DNA of 63,903 nucleotides, filler included, from a bacterium (GCA_040757115.1; 6 parts of 6 records of this genome joined end to end with filler, not necessarily neighbours in it); one strand, 5' to 3'. Shown: positions 22,301 to 33,400, counted from the whole stretch's first letter. Numbers and translations are program-made. Notes: a model not told the origin generated them from the letters alone.

Positions 22301-22414
22301 ATGCAAAATTACAAATCAAATTTCAAAGAGGAAGTAACAGGGTTTTTCAAAGAGTTGGAGGAATTTGGTAATATCTTTGCTTCAAGTATTTTAACGCTGA
22401 AATGTAGTAGATAG
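22301..22414 (+). pseudogene. Internally deleted four-helix-bundle (IVP-like) gene remnant
   Basis: MQNYKSNFKEE...ELEEFGNIFASSILTLK resembles the N- and C-termini of that family; flanked by heptamer repeats; same 5' part at ~10938-10982. Confidence 0.5.
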
Positions 22415-22626
22415 TTGATAGTTTATAGTTGATAGTAGATAGTTGATAGTTGAAGGACTATAAACCATAAACTATAAACCATAAACTATAAACTATAAAC
22501 GAGTTTTGCATTTTGCTCTTTGGAGGAAATTGATAAAAATAGAGGTTTTAAATACCCGCTTAAAAACTACAGTTTCTTAGTTTTGCAGAACTCTAAATTG
22601 CAAAACACAAAGGAGGATTAAAAATC

Positions 22627-25600
22627 ATGAAAAGAAGGATTAAACCAAAACCACTTGAGATGGAAAAAATTCTTAAAATGTCTGATATAGTCATGGTGCT
22701 TTTCCTTCTCATTATTATATTTATCAGTTATTTAGCCTATCAAGAAGGAATAGGTTATATGTTTATCCTTTGGGCACCATTATCCGCCTATATTGCTGTC
22801 TTTTATCTGTATTTACTTAATATCCTGAAACAACAAAACCAACACTTATCCAGACAAAATAAAGCCCTGGTTTTAGCCAATCAAAAGAAATCCGAATTTG
22901 TTTATAATTGCGCCTATCAACTTAGAACTCCATTGACAACGATAAAAGGTGCCATTGACCTTTTATTAGATAAGGCTTTGGGTGAAATAAGCCCTGGACA
23001 GGAAAGATTCTTATTTAACATTGATAAATCATTATTGCAACTTAACGGGTTAGTCTGTAATCTCTTAGACCATTCGATGATGACCTCCGGGAGGCAAGAC
23101 TTAGATATAAAGTTGACTAATATCCAGAGTTTAATAGATGATGTGCTGAGATTTTTTAAACCATCTGCTATGGAAAAAAATATCACCTTAGAATCTATTA
23201 TTCCCAAAGATATTTCAGATGTTCCTGCTGATTCAGAAAGAATCAGGCAAGTATTAGTCAATCTAATAGATAATGCGATTAGATTTACGCAAGAATCAGG
23301 GAAGGTAAGTATTCAAGCCAAAGAATGGAGTGATTGTATTCAGGTGGGCGTGATAAATACAGGTAAGGGATTGCAGGAAGAAGATTATGAGCGAATATTT
23401 GATGAATTTTTTAAAAAAGCCCCTCTTTATGGTGGGCAAGGATTAGGATTAGCTATCGCTAAGGGAATTATCGAAGCACATGGCGGGGAAATCTGGGCAG
23501 AAGGAGCCCCAGACAAAGGTAGCGGGTTCTATTTTATACTGCCAAAAGAAACAAAAGCATTAGACTTGATTAAAGAACGAAGAGAAATCTCCAGGTTTTT
23601 AAACCCAACTTTAACCCTCATAGATTATGTTGACCAGAAAACGCTTCAAAAAATTCTGGATAATTTTACTGAGGCGATTGGTCTGTCAATCTCAATATTA
23701 AATAATGAGGGAAACTATATAATTAAACCTGTTGGATTAAATAGATTTTGCAGTTTAATTCAAGGTTGTGCTAAGGGTAAAACAAAATGCAAACAATTCA
23801 GCGTAAAGGTTAGAAACGATAGTTTGCGAGATAATAGACCCAAGGCATACTATTGTTTTGCAGGACTGGCACATTTTGCCGCACCCATCATTGTTGAAAA
23901 TATACCTATGGGTTCTATAGAAATAGAGGGAACACAAATATTTACCCATATTAACCCAAAAAAAATTGAAAATATCGCACAAGAACTTGGGCTTGACCCG
24001 GATATCTTAATAGAAGCGGCTTCAGATATTAAAAAGTTCCCAGAAAATAGAATTTATGCCGCTGGAGAATTACTCCATTCAATAGCAAAAATCATCTCGT
24101 CATTATGTGCTCAAGAACATGAACTAACACATAAAATTGCAGAATTATCCACTCTAAGTCATATTGGTAAGGCAATTACTTCAAACCTTGACTTAGATAA
24201 ACTATTAGACTTAATACTTTATACCACGATTACTGTTCTTGAAGGAGATTCGGGTTCCATTATGCTTATAGATAAGGAGAAAGAGGAATTATATGTTAAA
24301 TCTGGCTACGGAATAACAAAAGAGGTAATTAAAGGAAGAAGGATTAAAATCGGTAAGGATATTGCGGGCTATGTGGCTAAAGAAAATAAACCATTGCTTA
24401 TAAATCGTGGTATAGATGATTCTCATTTTGTTAGCATTCTACATAGAGAAGGGCTAAAATCTGTGATGTCAATACCGTTAGTTATTAAAAATGAACTGGA
24501 AGGTGTATTTAATATTGACCGCACCAAAGGGAGAGATTTTACAGAGGATGATTTGAATATGTTTTGGGCATTAGCCGTTCAGGCAAGTATTGTTATAGAG
24601 GATGCATTCTTATATCAAGAACTTGAACATAAAACCTCTGAATTAACGGCATTTTCTAAAGTTGGCAAGGGTATCTTATCTACTCTAAGCATTGAGCGGG
24701 TTTTAAAATTAATACTTGACGCCGTCGCCGAGGTAATGAATACAAAACAATGTGTCATTAGAATCATAGATAAAAAAGAAGGTAAATTAATCTTACAAAA
24801 CTCAATAGGTTTGAATCAAAAAGAATTAGCCGTAGAAGAAAGGTTTGCCATACAATCCGCAGAACAGAAAAAACCTATTATTTGTGCGGATGTAAAGAAG
24901 GAATATCCAGAAGAAAAAATCGAAATCTTCTCATTATTAACTGTTCCTTTGATAATCCGGGAAAGGGTACTGGGGACTAATAGCGTTCTTTCAACAAAAC
25001 CACATCAATATACCCAACATGAAATAGATTTACTTTCTACATTTGCCGACCAATCCTCCATTGCCATTGAAAATGCAGGATTATTTGAGGCGGTTAGAAA
25101 GGGACTTTTAGAGACGGCTTCAGACATAGGTCAAACGATAGACCTCAAAGATGCCTATATAAGTGGTCATTCTGAGGAAAAGGCAAGATATGCCTATGAG
25201 ATTGCCCGAGCATTAAATATGAGTGAGTCAGCCGCAGAAAATATAAAAATGGCAACACTCCTGCATGATGTCGGTAAGATTGGTATTCCAGAAGAGATTT
25301 TGCTTAAACCAGGTAAATTAAGTGATGAGGAATTTGAAGCGGTTAAAAAACATCCTCTTATCTCAACCGAAATTTTAAAATCAATCGTATTTCCAAAAGA
25401 GATAATATGTGCTATTCGTCATCACCACGAAAGGTTTGATGGGAAAGGTTATCCAGATGGTCTGAGTAAAGATGAAATAGCTAAAGAGGCACTCATTATT
25501 GAGGCGGTAGATGCTTATGGTGCGATGACAAAAGATAGGCCTTATCGAAAAGCACTATCTAAAGAAGAGGCGGCTAAAGAACTAAAGAATGGTGCCGGAA

Positions 25601-25674
25601 CTCAGTTTGACCCGGAGGTAGTAGATGCCTTTATAAAGATATTAAAAACGGAAAAATCCTCAAAAGGAGCGTAA
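22627..25674 (+). CDS. Membrane signalling protein: degenerate HisKA/HATPase + PocR + 2 GAF + HD-GYP phosphodiesterase
   Basis: 2 TM; SEFVYNCAYQLRTPL; NLIDNA; GLGLAI; PocR (FCSLIQ..C..YCFAGL); LHDVGKIG; HHERFDGKGYP. Confidence 0.88.
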   Translation: MKRRIKPKPLEMEKILKMSDIVMVLFLLIIIFISYLAYQEGIGYMFILWAPLSAYIAVFYLYLLNILKQQNQHLSRQNKALVLANQKKSEFVYNCAYQLRTPLTTIKGAIDLLLDKALGEISPGQERFLFNIDKSLLQLNGLVCNLLDHSMMTSGRQDLDIKLTNIQSLIDDVLRFFKPSAMEKNITLESIIPKDISDVPADSERIRQVLVNLIDNAIRFTQESGKVSIQAKEWSDCIQVGVINTGKGLQEEDYERIFDEFFKKAPLYGGQGLGLAIAKGIIEAHGGEIWAEGAPDKGSGFYFILPKETKALDLIKERREISRFLNPTLTLIDYVDQKTLQKILDNFTEAIGLSISILNNEGNYIIKPVGLNRFCSLIQGCAKGKTKCKQFSVKVRNDSLRDNRPKAYYCFAGLAHFAAPIIVENIPMGSIEIEGTQIFTHINPKKIENIAQELGLDPDILIEAASDIKKFPENRIYAAGELLHSIAKIISSLCAQEHELTHKIAELSTLSHIGKAITSNLDLDKLLDLILYTTITVLEGDSGSIMLIDKEKEELYVKSGYGITKEVIKGRRIKIGKDIAGYVAKENKPLLINRGIDDSHFVSILHREGLKSVMSIPLVIKNELEGVFNIDRTKGRDFTEDDLNMFWALAVQASIVIEDAFLYQELEHKTSELTAFSKVGKGILSTLSIERVLKLILDAVAEVMNTKQCVIRIIDKKEGKLILQNSIGLNQKELAVEERFAIQSAEQKKPIICADVKKEYPEEKIEIFSLLTVPLIIRERVLGTNSVLSTKPHQYTQHEIDLLSTFADQSSIAIENAGLFEAVRKGLLETASDIGQTIDLKDAYISGHSEEKARYAYEIARALNMSESAAENIKMATLLHDVGKIGIPEEILLKPGKLSDEEFEAVKKHPLISTEILKSIVFPKEIICAIRHHHERFDGKGYPDGLSKDEIAKEALIIEAVDAYGAMTKDRPYRKALSKEEAAKELKNGAGTQFDPEVVDAFIKILKTEKSSKGA

Positions 25675-25679
25675 ATAAA

Positions 25680-26963
25680 GTGACTCTGAAGGCAAAAGCT
25701 AATGACGGGGAAATATCTGACGAGATACAACAAATAGCCAAAAGTGAAAATGTCACATTAGAATTTATTCAACAGGGGCTATGTGAAGGAACTATCGTTA
25801 TTCCTCATAATCCTAATCATAAAAAACTATCCAGACAATGCGGTATTGGAAAGGGACTTCGGACGAAAGTCAATGCCAATATTGGAACATCACCGAGTAT
25901 CACTAATCTTCAAGAAGAACTAAAAAAAACTGAAGTGGCAATCGAGGCGGGTGCGGATACGATAATGGATTTATCTATTGGTGGAGATATAAGAAAGATA
26001 AGACTTGAAATACTTAAGGATTTAGAAGTGCCTCTTGGAACCGTGCCAATTTATCAAGCCGCTATCGAAGCCGTTGATAATAAAGGGTCAATCCTTGAAA
26101 TGACCCCAGAATCAATCTTAAAGGTGATTGAAGAGCAGGCAAAAGATGGTGTTGACTTTATGACTATTCATGCAGGTGTAACTAAACACACGATTGAAAG
26201 GTTAAAAAATCAAGAAAGAATTATGGATGTCGTTAGTCGAGGTGGGGCATTTTTAATCGAGTGGATGATTTTTCATAACCAGGAAAATCCACTTTATCAA
26301 TATTTTGATGCTATCCTGAATATTGCTTTTGAATATGATATTGTTTTAAGTCTTGGTGATGGGCTACGGCCTGGTTGCTTAAAAGATGCCACTGATAGAC
26401 CACAAATACAAGAATTAATCACCTTAGGTGAATTAACTAAGCGAGCCTTTGAAAAAAATGTTCAGGTAATGATTGAGGGACCAGGTCATATACCGATAAA
26501 TCAAATTTCAGCAAATGTTTTATTAGAAAAAAGGCTATGTTACGAGGCACCATTTTATGTTTTGGGACCCCTTGTTACTGATATAGCCCCGGGTTATGAC
26601 CATATTACCGGGGCAATAGGTGGAGCAATTGCGGCCGCTTCTGGTGCTGATTTCCTGTGTTATGTTACCCCGGCAGAACATCTTAGACTCCCAACGATTG
26701 AGGATGTTAAGGAAGGAGTTATCACCTCAAGAATAGCCGCTCATGCCGGCGATGTCGCTAAAGGTATTCCTCATGCATTGGATAGGGATACACAAATGGC
26801 TAAGGCACGAAAAAAATTAGATTGGGAAACTCAAATTAAACTGGCAATTAACCCTGAAAGGGCAAGTAAATACCAACAACAATCTCCACCACTATCCGAA
26901 GGCTGCACGATGTGTGGGAAATATTGTGCGATGAAAGAGGTAGAAAAGTTTTTCAGGAGGTAA
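25680..26963 (+). CDS. thiC: Phosphomethylpyrimidine synthase ThiC (a BzaAB/F paralogue cannot be excluded)
   Basis: KVNANIG, MDLS, VSRGG, LGDGLRPG, EGPGH, CTMCGKYC. Confidence 0.88.
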   Translation: MTLKAKANDGEISDEIQQIAKSENVTLEFIQQGLCEGTIVIPHNPNHKKLSRQCGIGKGLRTKVNANIGTSPSITNLQEELKKTEVAIEAGADTIMDLSIGGDIRKIRLEILKDLEVPLGTVPIYQAAIEAVDNKGSILEMTPESILKVIEEQAKDGVDFMTIHAGVTKHTIERLKNQERIMDVVSRGGAFLIEWMIFHNQENPLYQYFDAILNIAFEYDIVLSLGDGLRPGCLKDATDRPQIQELITLGELTKRAFEKNVQVMIEGPGHIPINQISANVLLEKRLCYEAPFYVLGPLVTDIAPGYDHITGAIGGAIAAASGADFLCYVTPAEHLRLPTIEDVKEGVITSRIAAHAGDVAKGIPHALDRDTQMAKARKKLDWETQIKLAINPERASKYQQQSPPLSEGCTMCGKYCAMKEVEKFFRR

Positions 26964-26968
26964 AAAAA

Positions 26969-27757
26969 GTGGAGAAATACAAAATACAAAATACTAAATC
27001 TAAAATTAACCTATTAGTGTTTCTTATTATTTTAATAATAAATCCTGCATTAATCCTGGCAGAAGAATATTATGGTCCTAAAAAGAAAATTATTGTTGAG
27101 GATTTCTATGTTAATCTGAAGAATGTCCCTCCTCAAAGTGCTAAAATCTTTACTTCAAAATTTAGATTAGCATTACTTAACACAAATAGGTTTGTGGTTA
27201 AAAAGGCAAAAACTGAAGAATTTACTCAAATGACCGTTCGTGGGAAAATCTTAAAATGTCAGGAAGAAAAATTAACTAAATGGTATGAGAAAACCTTACC
27301 AGCTCGATTCAGAGGACCAAAGATTACCAGGGCATACATTGTAGTAGCAATAGACCTATGTGACCCCAATAGAGATCTGGTAATTAAATCCTTTCGGATT
27401 AAAGGAGATGCAAAAGTAAGCGAGGGAAAATTAGGGGAAAAACCCACTGTGGATGTAGAACATTCGGCACTTGTTATGTCCATTAATAAGGTGCTAACAA
27501 AAGTAATTGGTGTGATAATTGCAGAAATGGAAAAATACAAATGGGAAGCAAAAATAACCAGTGTAAATGGGAATAAGCTCTACATTGACAGTGGATTAGA
27601 GGCAGACATAAAGGCAGGAACGGTCTTTAAAATATATGATGGGGAAACATTCATCGGTGAAACGAAAATAATTGAAGTAAATAAAGATTTCTCAATTGGT
27701 CTTATGACAAAAAATGATGGAATTAAACCAAATATGAGCGTGAGGATGATGGAGTAA
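26969..27757 (+). CDS. Exported CsgG/FlgT-like protein
   Basis: Hydrophobic leader, LLNTNRFVV, C-terminal LYIDSG..AD.K.G.VFKI; GTG start after AGGAGG. Confidence 0.55.
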   Translation: MEKYKIQNTKSKINLLVFLIILIINPALILAEEYYGPKKKIIVEDFYVNLKNVPPQSAKIFTSKFRLALLNTNRFVVKKAKTEEFTQMTVRGKILKCQEEKLTKWYEKTLPARFRGPKITRAYIVVAIDLCDPNRDLVIKSFRIKGDAKVSEGKLGEKPTVDVEHSALVMSINKVLTKVIGVIIAEMEKYKWEAKITSVNGNKLYIDSGLEADIKAGTVFKIYDGETFIGETKIIEVNKDFSIGLMTKNDGIKPNMSVRMME

Positions 27758-27779
27758 ACCAATTATTTAAAATTTCTAC

Positions 27780-28071
27780 GTAACTATTCACCGCAGAGAC
27801 GCGGAGACACAGAGAAAAAATTAAAATCTATTGGTTATACGCTTAATTCCATCTCTTAGAACAGAAACATTAAAATTGATCAATAAACTTATCCTTTTAT
27901 TCATCATTTTTAGATAGGTTAAAAGTTGAGCTTCGTGAATCGGAAGTAGTTGCTCGACTGCTTTTAATTCTACGATAACTTTTTCTTCAACTAAAAGATC
28001 TATCCGGTATCCACAATCTAATTTAAATCCTTTTTTCTCTGTTCCTCTGCGTCTCTGCGGTGAATAGTTAC
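27780..28071 (-). mobile_element. IS66-end MITE carrying the 3' half of a GxxExxY gene
   Basis: Perfect TIRs gtaactattcaccgcagagacgc, 8-bp TSD atttctac, interior near-identical to 30803-31012. Confidence 0.92.
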
Positions 28072-28091
28072 ATTTCTACTATTATTGAGCA

Positions 28092-28763
28092 ATGATGAAT
28101 GACATCAAAATAGACAAAATAATTCGTTCTAAAAGAAGAACAATAGGTATTGAGATTACCTCGGATGCAAGCTTAATTGTGCGCGTGCCTCTGCGGACTT
28201 CTTTAGAACATATTAAAAAAATAGTTGATAAAAAGCGGTTTTGGATTCAAAAAAAACAGAAAACGGCTAAAGAGAAAAAAAGCATACCCAGAAAATTTGT
28301 CGAGGGAGAAAAATTCCTCTATCTGGGTAATACCTATCGCCTCTATATCTTTAATAATCCTTCCCCACCACTTTTATTTAACCAGAAATTTTTGCTTTCA
28401 AGAGATTATCTTCCTTATGCCCAGGACATATTTGTTGCCTGGTATAAAAACCAGGCATACTATAAGATTAAGGAGAGATTAGACTGGTATTCTACTTTAT
28501 CAGGATTGAAATATAATGGATTCAAGATAACGAATGCCAGAAAGCGGTGGGGTTCTTGCAATGGGAAAGACAGGTTATGTTTTAGCTGGCGGCTCATTAT
28601 GACACCGTTAAGTGTTATAGATTATGTCGTTGTTCATGAATTAACACATATCGTCGAAAAAAATCACTCAAAGAGATTCTGGCACAAATTAAAGATAATC
28701 CTCCCTAATTATGAAGAAAGTAAAAAGTGGTTGAAAGAGAATGAGTATTTGTTAGGGATATAA
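28092..28763 (+). CDS. YgjP/M48-like metalloprotease (DUF45)
   Basis: RSKRRT, RWGSC, IDYVVVHELTH, NHS..FW. Confidence 0.88.
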   Translation: MMNDIKIDKIIRSKRRTIGIEITSDASLIVRVPLRTSLEHIKKIVDKKRFWIQKKQKTAKEKKSIPRKFVEGEKFLYLGNTYRLYIFNNPSPPLLFNQKFLLSRDYLPYAQDIFVAWYKNQAYYKIKERLDWYSTLSGLKYNGFKITNARKRWGSCNGKDRLCFSWRLIMTPLSVIDYVVVHELTHIVEKNHSKRFWHKLKIILPNYEESKKWLKENEYLLGI

Positions 28764-28767
28764 TGAT

Positions 28768-30765
28768 ATGGATAAGATTTATCACATTTTGCAGAATAAC
28801 TTTGGCTTTAGCCAATTTAAACCAGGTCAATTAGAAATTATCCAGGAGATATTGGCGAAAAGGGATGTTCTGGGTATTTTACCAACTGCGGGTGGGAAAT
28901 CACTTTGCTATCAATTACCTGCAATTATCTCCTCTGGAGTAACTATCGTTATCTCGCCACTTATTGCCTTGATGAAAGACCAGGTAGATTCCTTTGAGGA
29001 GCTTGGTCATACAACGGCAACTTATATTAGCTCAGGGCTTTCTGTGAATCAAGTAAAAGTTCGATTAGAGAAAGTCAAACGAGGTGAATTTAAACTTCTG
29101 TATGTCTCTCCAGAGCGTATGCTTATGCCAGGTTTTAAAGAGGTATTATCCAGGATTAAAATTAGTTTATTTGTTGTCGATGAGGCACATTGTGTTAGTC
29201 AATGGGGACACGATTTCAGACCTGAATATTTAAAACTTAAAGGTATATTTGCCCAATATCCCAAAACCCCTATCTTAACTATTACGGCAACCGCTACCCC
29301 ACATGTCCAACAGGATATTATGACTCATCTGGGTTTGCGAAGAGCCAGGCAGGTAATTATAAGTTTTGACCGCCCTAATCTTGAATTTAGTGTCATTTCC
29401 ACCCGAGTAAGTGAAAAAAGTGAGCATTTATTAAAGATTTTAAAAGCAGAGCCAGGCAGTTTTATCGTTTATGTCGCCAGACAAAAAGATGCCGAAGAAG
29501 TAGCTAACTTCCTTAAAACAAATCAAATCTCTGCTCTACCATATCATGCGGGACTTGGGAATGAGACTCGATGGAAAACCCAGGAGGCTTTTATGTCTGG
29601 GGTAACGCGGGTAGTAGTCGCTACGGTTGCCTTTGGATTAGGTATTGATAAACCGGATATTCGCGGCATTATCCATTATCATACACCTGCCTCTTTAGAG
29701 GCTTACTATCAAGAAGCAGGTCGGTCAGGCAGGGATGGCAAAAAGGCAAAATGTATTCTCCTCTTTAATCGTAAAGATTTAGAGATTCACCGCTATTTTA
29801 TCTATCAATCTTATCCAAGTTCACGAGAAATCTACTGGATATATCGTCAGCTGTGTGACGGGCTTTCTCCACAACAAATAATCGCCGAGGGGAAGAATGT
29901 CCACGAAACAAAGATGAATGTGGTCCTGAGGTTATTGGAGGAAGCAAATTGTATCCAATTAGGCGACAACCTCAAAATAACTAAAGGACTGAGATGGCTT
30001 AATATTAACCTGACAAATGAAGAAAGACGCAAGATGATGGAGCTTGATAGATTAAAAAAGATGGTAGAATACGCTGAGAATAAAACCTGCCGTCGAGCAT
30101 ACATCCTTACTTATCTTGGTGAGCAAAATCTACATCCATCTTGTAATAATTGTGATGTTTGCCTTGGACTTACAACTGATGTCCAGAGTATTTATCAGGG
30201 AAAGATTGAAGCGATTATTTACGAGTGTGTTAAAGAATATGAAGGGAAAATGGGCAGACAGGGTTTTGCCCAATTACTTAATGGCAGTCAAAGTAACACT
30301 ATGGAAACCCTGAACTTAAAGACATCAGCGTTTTATGGAAAATTAAGGGATTTTACTCAAAAAGAGATTATCGCTTTCATTGACAATTTCATAAGTAAAG
30401 GTTCACTTGAAGTAATCACAAAGGATTATCCGCTACTATTTCTATCTAAAGAAAAGACCGTTGATAAACCTGTCCCTCGAAAAGTAGGATTAGAGATTCT
30501 GCGATTAGTCCATAACTGGAATGGTAAATTACCATCATCCAGTATCGCCAATATCCTGAGGGGGGTAGAAACTTCTGATGCCATTATTAAATATGGTCAG
30601 GATATTTTTGGAGCACATTTTGGTATACTTAAAGAATATGATTATCATCAATTAAAAGAATTTATTGACCTGATGCTTGCTAAAGGTTATCTTCAAAAGG
30701 AAAAGAATCAATTCTCCCTGAGCGAGGCAGGATTTGGTGTTTTGGGGATTAATCCTGAAGAGTAA
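28768..30765 (+). CDS. recQ: RecQ-family DNA helicase
   Basis: PTAGGKS, VDEAHCVSQWGHDFRP, TATAT, YYQEAGRSGRDG, Zn-binding CRR..CNNCDVC, RQC; stop codon supplied by the MITE end. Confidence 0.9.
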   Translation: MDKIYHILQNNFGFSQFKPGQLEIIQEILAKRDVLGILPTAGGKSLCYQLPAIISSGVTIVISPLIALMKDQVDSFEELGHTTATYISSGLSVNQVKVRLEKVKRGEFKLLYVSPERMLMPGFKEVLSRIKISLFVVDEAHCVSQWGHDFRPEYLKLKGIFAQYPKTPILTITATATPHVQQDIMTHLGLRRARQVIISFDRPNLEFSVISTRVSEKSEHLLKILKAEPGSFIVYVARQKDAEEVANFLKTNQISALPYHAGLGNETRWKTQEAFMSGVTRVVVATVAFGLGIDKPDIRGIIHYHTPASLEAYYQEAGRSGRDGKKAKCILLFNRKDLEIHRYFIYQSYPSSREIYWIYRQLCDGLSPQQIIAEGKNVHETKMNVVLRLLEEANCIQLGDNLKITKGLRWLNINLTNEERRKMMELDRLKKMVEYAENKTCRRAYILTYLGEQNLHPSCNNCDVCLGLTTDVQSIYQGKIEAIIYECVKEYEGKMGRQGFAQLLNGSQSNTMETLNLKTSAFYGKLRDFTQKEIIAFIDNFISKGSLEVITKDYPLLFLSKEKTVDKPVPRKVGLEILRLVHNWNGKLPSSSIANILRGVETSDAIIKYGQDIFGAHFGILKEYDYHQLKEFIDLMLAKGYLQKEKNQFSLSEAGFGVLGINPEE

Positions 30766-31220
30766 CTGTTCACCGCAGAGACGCAGAGACACAGAGGAAA
30801 AATTAAAATCTATTTGCTATACGCTTAATTCCATCTCTTAGAACAGAAACATTAAAATTGATCAATAAACCAATCCTTTTATTCATCATTTTTAGGTAGG
30901 TTAAAAGTTGAGCTTCATGAATCGGAAGTAGTTGCTCGACTGCTTTTAATTCTACGATAACTTTTTCTTCAACCAAAAGATCTATCCGGTATCCACAATC
31001 TAATTTAATTCCTTTGTATATTACAGGTAATTCAATTTGTCTTTTGAAAGCTAACCCCACCATAGATAGCTCATAACATAAACATTCTTCGTATGCAGAT
31101 TCTAATAGACCTGGACCTAATGTCTTATGTATTTCAATTGCTGCACCAATAATTTTTTCTGTTACCTGATTTATTTCCATGTTTTCTCTGTTCCTCTGCG
31201 TCTCTGCGGTGAATAGTTAC
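30762..31220 (-). mobile_element. IS66-end non-autonomous element carrying an intact GxxExxY gene
   Basis: TIRs gtaactgttcaccgcagagacgcagag / ctctgcgtctctgcggtgaatagttac tightly bracket the gene; no TSD visible. Confidence 0.85.
30803..31180 (-). CDS. GxxExxY protein (PD-(D/E)XK-like)
   Basis: [37 protein letters not shown]. Confidence 0.93.
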   Translation of the reverse strand: MEINQVTEKIIGAAIEIHKTLGPGLLESAYEECLCYELSMVGLAFKRQIELPVIYKGIKLDCGYRIDLLVEEKVIVELKAVEQLLPIHEAQLLTYLKMMNKRIGLLINFNVSVLRDGIKRIANRF

Positions 31221-31925
31221 TAAAATATCAACCTTCAAATTCTCTTTTAATAAATTAATAATATTCCCTGGATTTCCCTTTTCAAGGTTAATTTCAGGAT
31301 TATATGGAATAATAGCAAGTATTGGCACTTTAGATAATGTCTGGATTATTTGAGGATTTGTCTTTTCAACTATCGTCGCCTCATCTTCTTTAAACATATT
31401 TATCACTACCCCAAAAATCCGAATTCCTTGTGATTGAGCCTGTTTGATAGTTAATAAGGTATGGTTTATCGTGCCTAAGGAAGGTTTAGCTACGATTAAA
31501 ATAGGCAGGTCTAAATCCTTGATTAAATCTATCATCAGGTAATTATCTTTAATCGGAACTAATATCCCACCCGTACCCTCAACTATAACTATATCATACC
31601 TTGATTTTAATTCACGGTAGGAGGCGAGAATTTTTTCAATATCTATTTTTACGCCCGTTATTTGACTTGCGACTAATGGTGCGACCGCAGGTTCTAAGCA
31701 GTAAGGATTTAACAATTTAACATCTTCCACAATCCCGGAGGTTTTAATCATCAACTCTAAATCCTGAGAGATAAGTTTTCCCTCTCTTTTAACCGCTCCG
31801 GTCTGGATAGGTTTCATCACACCTACTTTTAACCCTTTTTCTCTAAACAGCCCGGCTAACCCCGCCGCAATTACTGTCTTGCCCACCTCCGTATCTGTCC
31901 CTGTAACGAATAATCCTTTCACCAT
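31134..31925 (-). CDS. bioD: Dethiobiotin synthase; C-terminus reads into the MITE
   Basis: [30 protein letters not shown]. Confidence 0.92.
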   Translation of the reverse strand: MVKGLFVTGTDTEVGKTVIAAGLAGLFREKGLKVGVMKPIQTGAVKREGKLISQDLELMIKTSGIVEDVKLLNPYCLEPAVAPLVASQITGVKIDIEKILASYRELKSRYDIVIVEGTGGILVPIKDNYLMIDLIKDLDLPILIVAKPSLGTINHTLLTIKQAQSQGIRIFGVVINMFKEDEATIVEKTNPQIIQTLSKVPILAIIPYNPEINLEKGNPGNIINLLKENLKVDILVTIHRRDAEEQRKHGNKSGNRKNYWCSN

Positions 31926-32425
31926 AATATCTTCTTATTTTATCACAGATTGAGTATATCTCAATAAAATTCTTTTCCCTCCTGTGATTCAGACACTGGA
32001 GCATCAGACACAAGACTATAGACTCTATTTATGCAGGAAATTAGTGACATTTGGGAAACCATCCTCAAAACTTCACTCCCTGAATTTTTCCTAAGCCTTA
32101 CCTATGTCAGTGACAGTGTCAGTGTCGGTGAAGAAACTCCTTCAACTCATCCAACACTTCCAACTCTTTCTACTCTTTCAACTCTTCCAGCAGAAGCATA
32201 GGCAGGTCTCCCAAGCCTTCATTCTTCTGCAATTTCTGCCCGCTTTAGTCTGAGGTCTAATGTCTATAGTCTACTGTCTGAATCACAGAATATCTTTCCC
32301 CTTTTTCCCTACTTTTCCATTTTCCCTTACTTACACCTGAACGCTTACTCAAAACACTCTATTTATAATCTTGTAATTGCCATCAGGTAAAAGTTCTTTT
32401 TTAAATTGATACTTCGCCAGAAAGG

Positions 32426-32672
32426 GTAACCGTTCACCGCAGAGACACAGAGATGCAGAGAAAAAAATTAAAATCTATTCACCAGAGACAGAAATTTCCT
32501 TTTTTTTGTACATTTCGGGTCTTTCGTTGTTTATTAATCTTTTAATACTTACTTTTGACTAACTGTTTTTAAGCCTTTTTAAACACCGAAAAACGCGAAA
32601 AAGAGGGAAAAAAAGATATTTTCCTCTCTGTTTCTCTGCGTCTCTGCGGTAAAGGATTACCTGAACGGTTAC
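32426..32672. mobile_element. IS66-end MITE with only the GxxExxY 3' tip
   Basis: gtaaccgttcaccgcagagac...ttaaaatctatt...ctgaacggttac. Confidence 0.75.
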
Positions 32673-32807
32673 AAAGCTTTCAATCACGGCACACTCCCCC
32701 GCCGTCCACTGCAACGACTGGTTAAGCATAAAATTTCTCACTGCAATTCTCTTTCTCTTCTCTTCCCTTGCCGAACTATTGTCCATTCCATAATCAAGGT
32801 ACGACCC
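32673..32807 (-). repeat. Truncated attC plus leader in reverse orientation
   Basis: Minus strand gcttaaccagtcgttgcagtggacggcggggg, cut by the MITE; leader homologous to the array leaders. Confidence 0.6.
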
Positions 32808-33400
32808 TACTATTCCCCCTTTTAGGCAATAGATAAATAGGGAAAGATTCTTTCCTCTCCATTATAGCACAATAATTAATTATACGCAACTATTTTTTTG
32901 TCTCAGATCAACAGACAATCACCATTTTGTCAAAACAAAAGATTACCTCATTCATTCATGCCCCCCATTCATTTCCAGATGTTCTGTNNNNNNNNNNNNN
33001 NNNNNNNNNNNNNNNNNNNNNNNNNNNNNNNTTAATTAATTAANNNNNNNNNNNNNNNNNNNNNNNNNNNNNNNNNNNNNNNNNNNNCAAGAATAGTCAA
33101 TGGAGAAATAAATAATCACACAGAGACACAAAGTCACAAAGGAATTGAATAAAACAATAAACCTTTGTGTTCTTTGTGGCTTTGTGTGAGAAAATAAAAA
33201 GGAGATATTTTAGGAGATATTTTAGGGTCAACCGTGAATGTGGAATGCACAATAATTCGGTGAGGCAGAGGAAAAGGCAGCGAATTAAAGCTTTTGTCTA
33301 ACCCTGCGTTGCAGTTGACGGCGGGGGACTGTGCCGTGGTCAGAGTTTTGTGGTCTCTCAAAGAGAAAAATGGGGGACGCACACAATTATCTAAGAACGA

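Noticed and set aside
25600-25700. TPP riboswitch before thiC
   Set aside because: Only 5 nt separate thiC from the upstream gene, and no TPP aptamer motif is visible.
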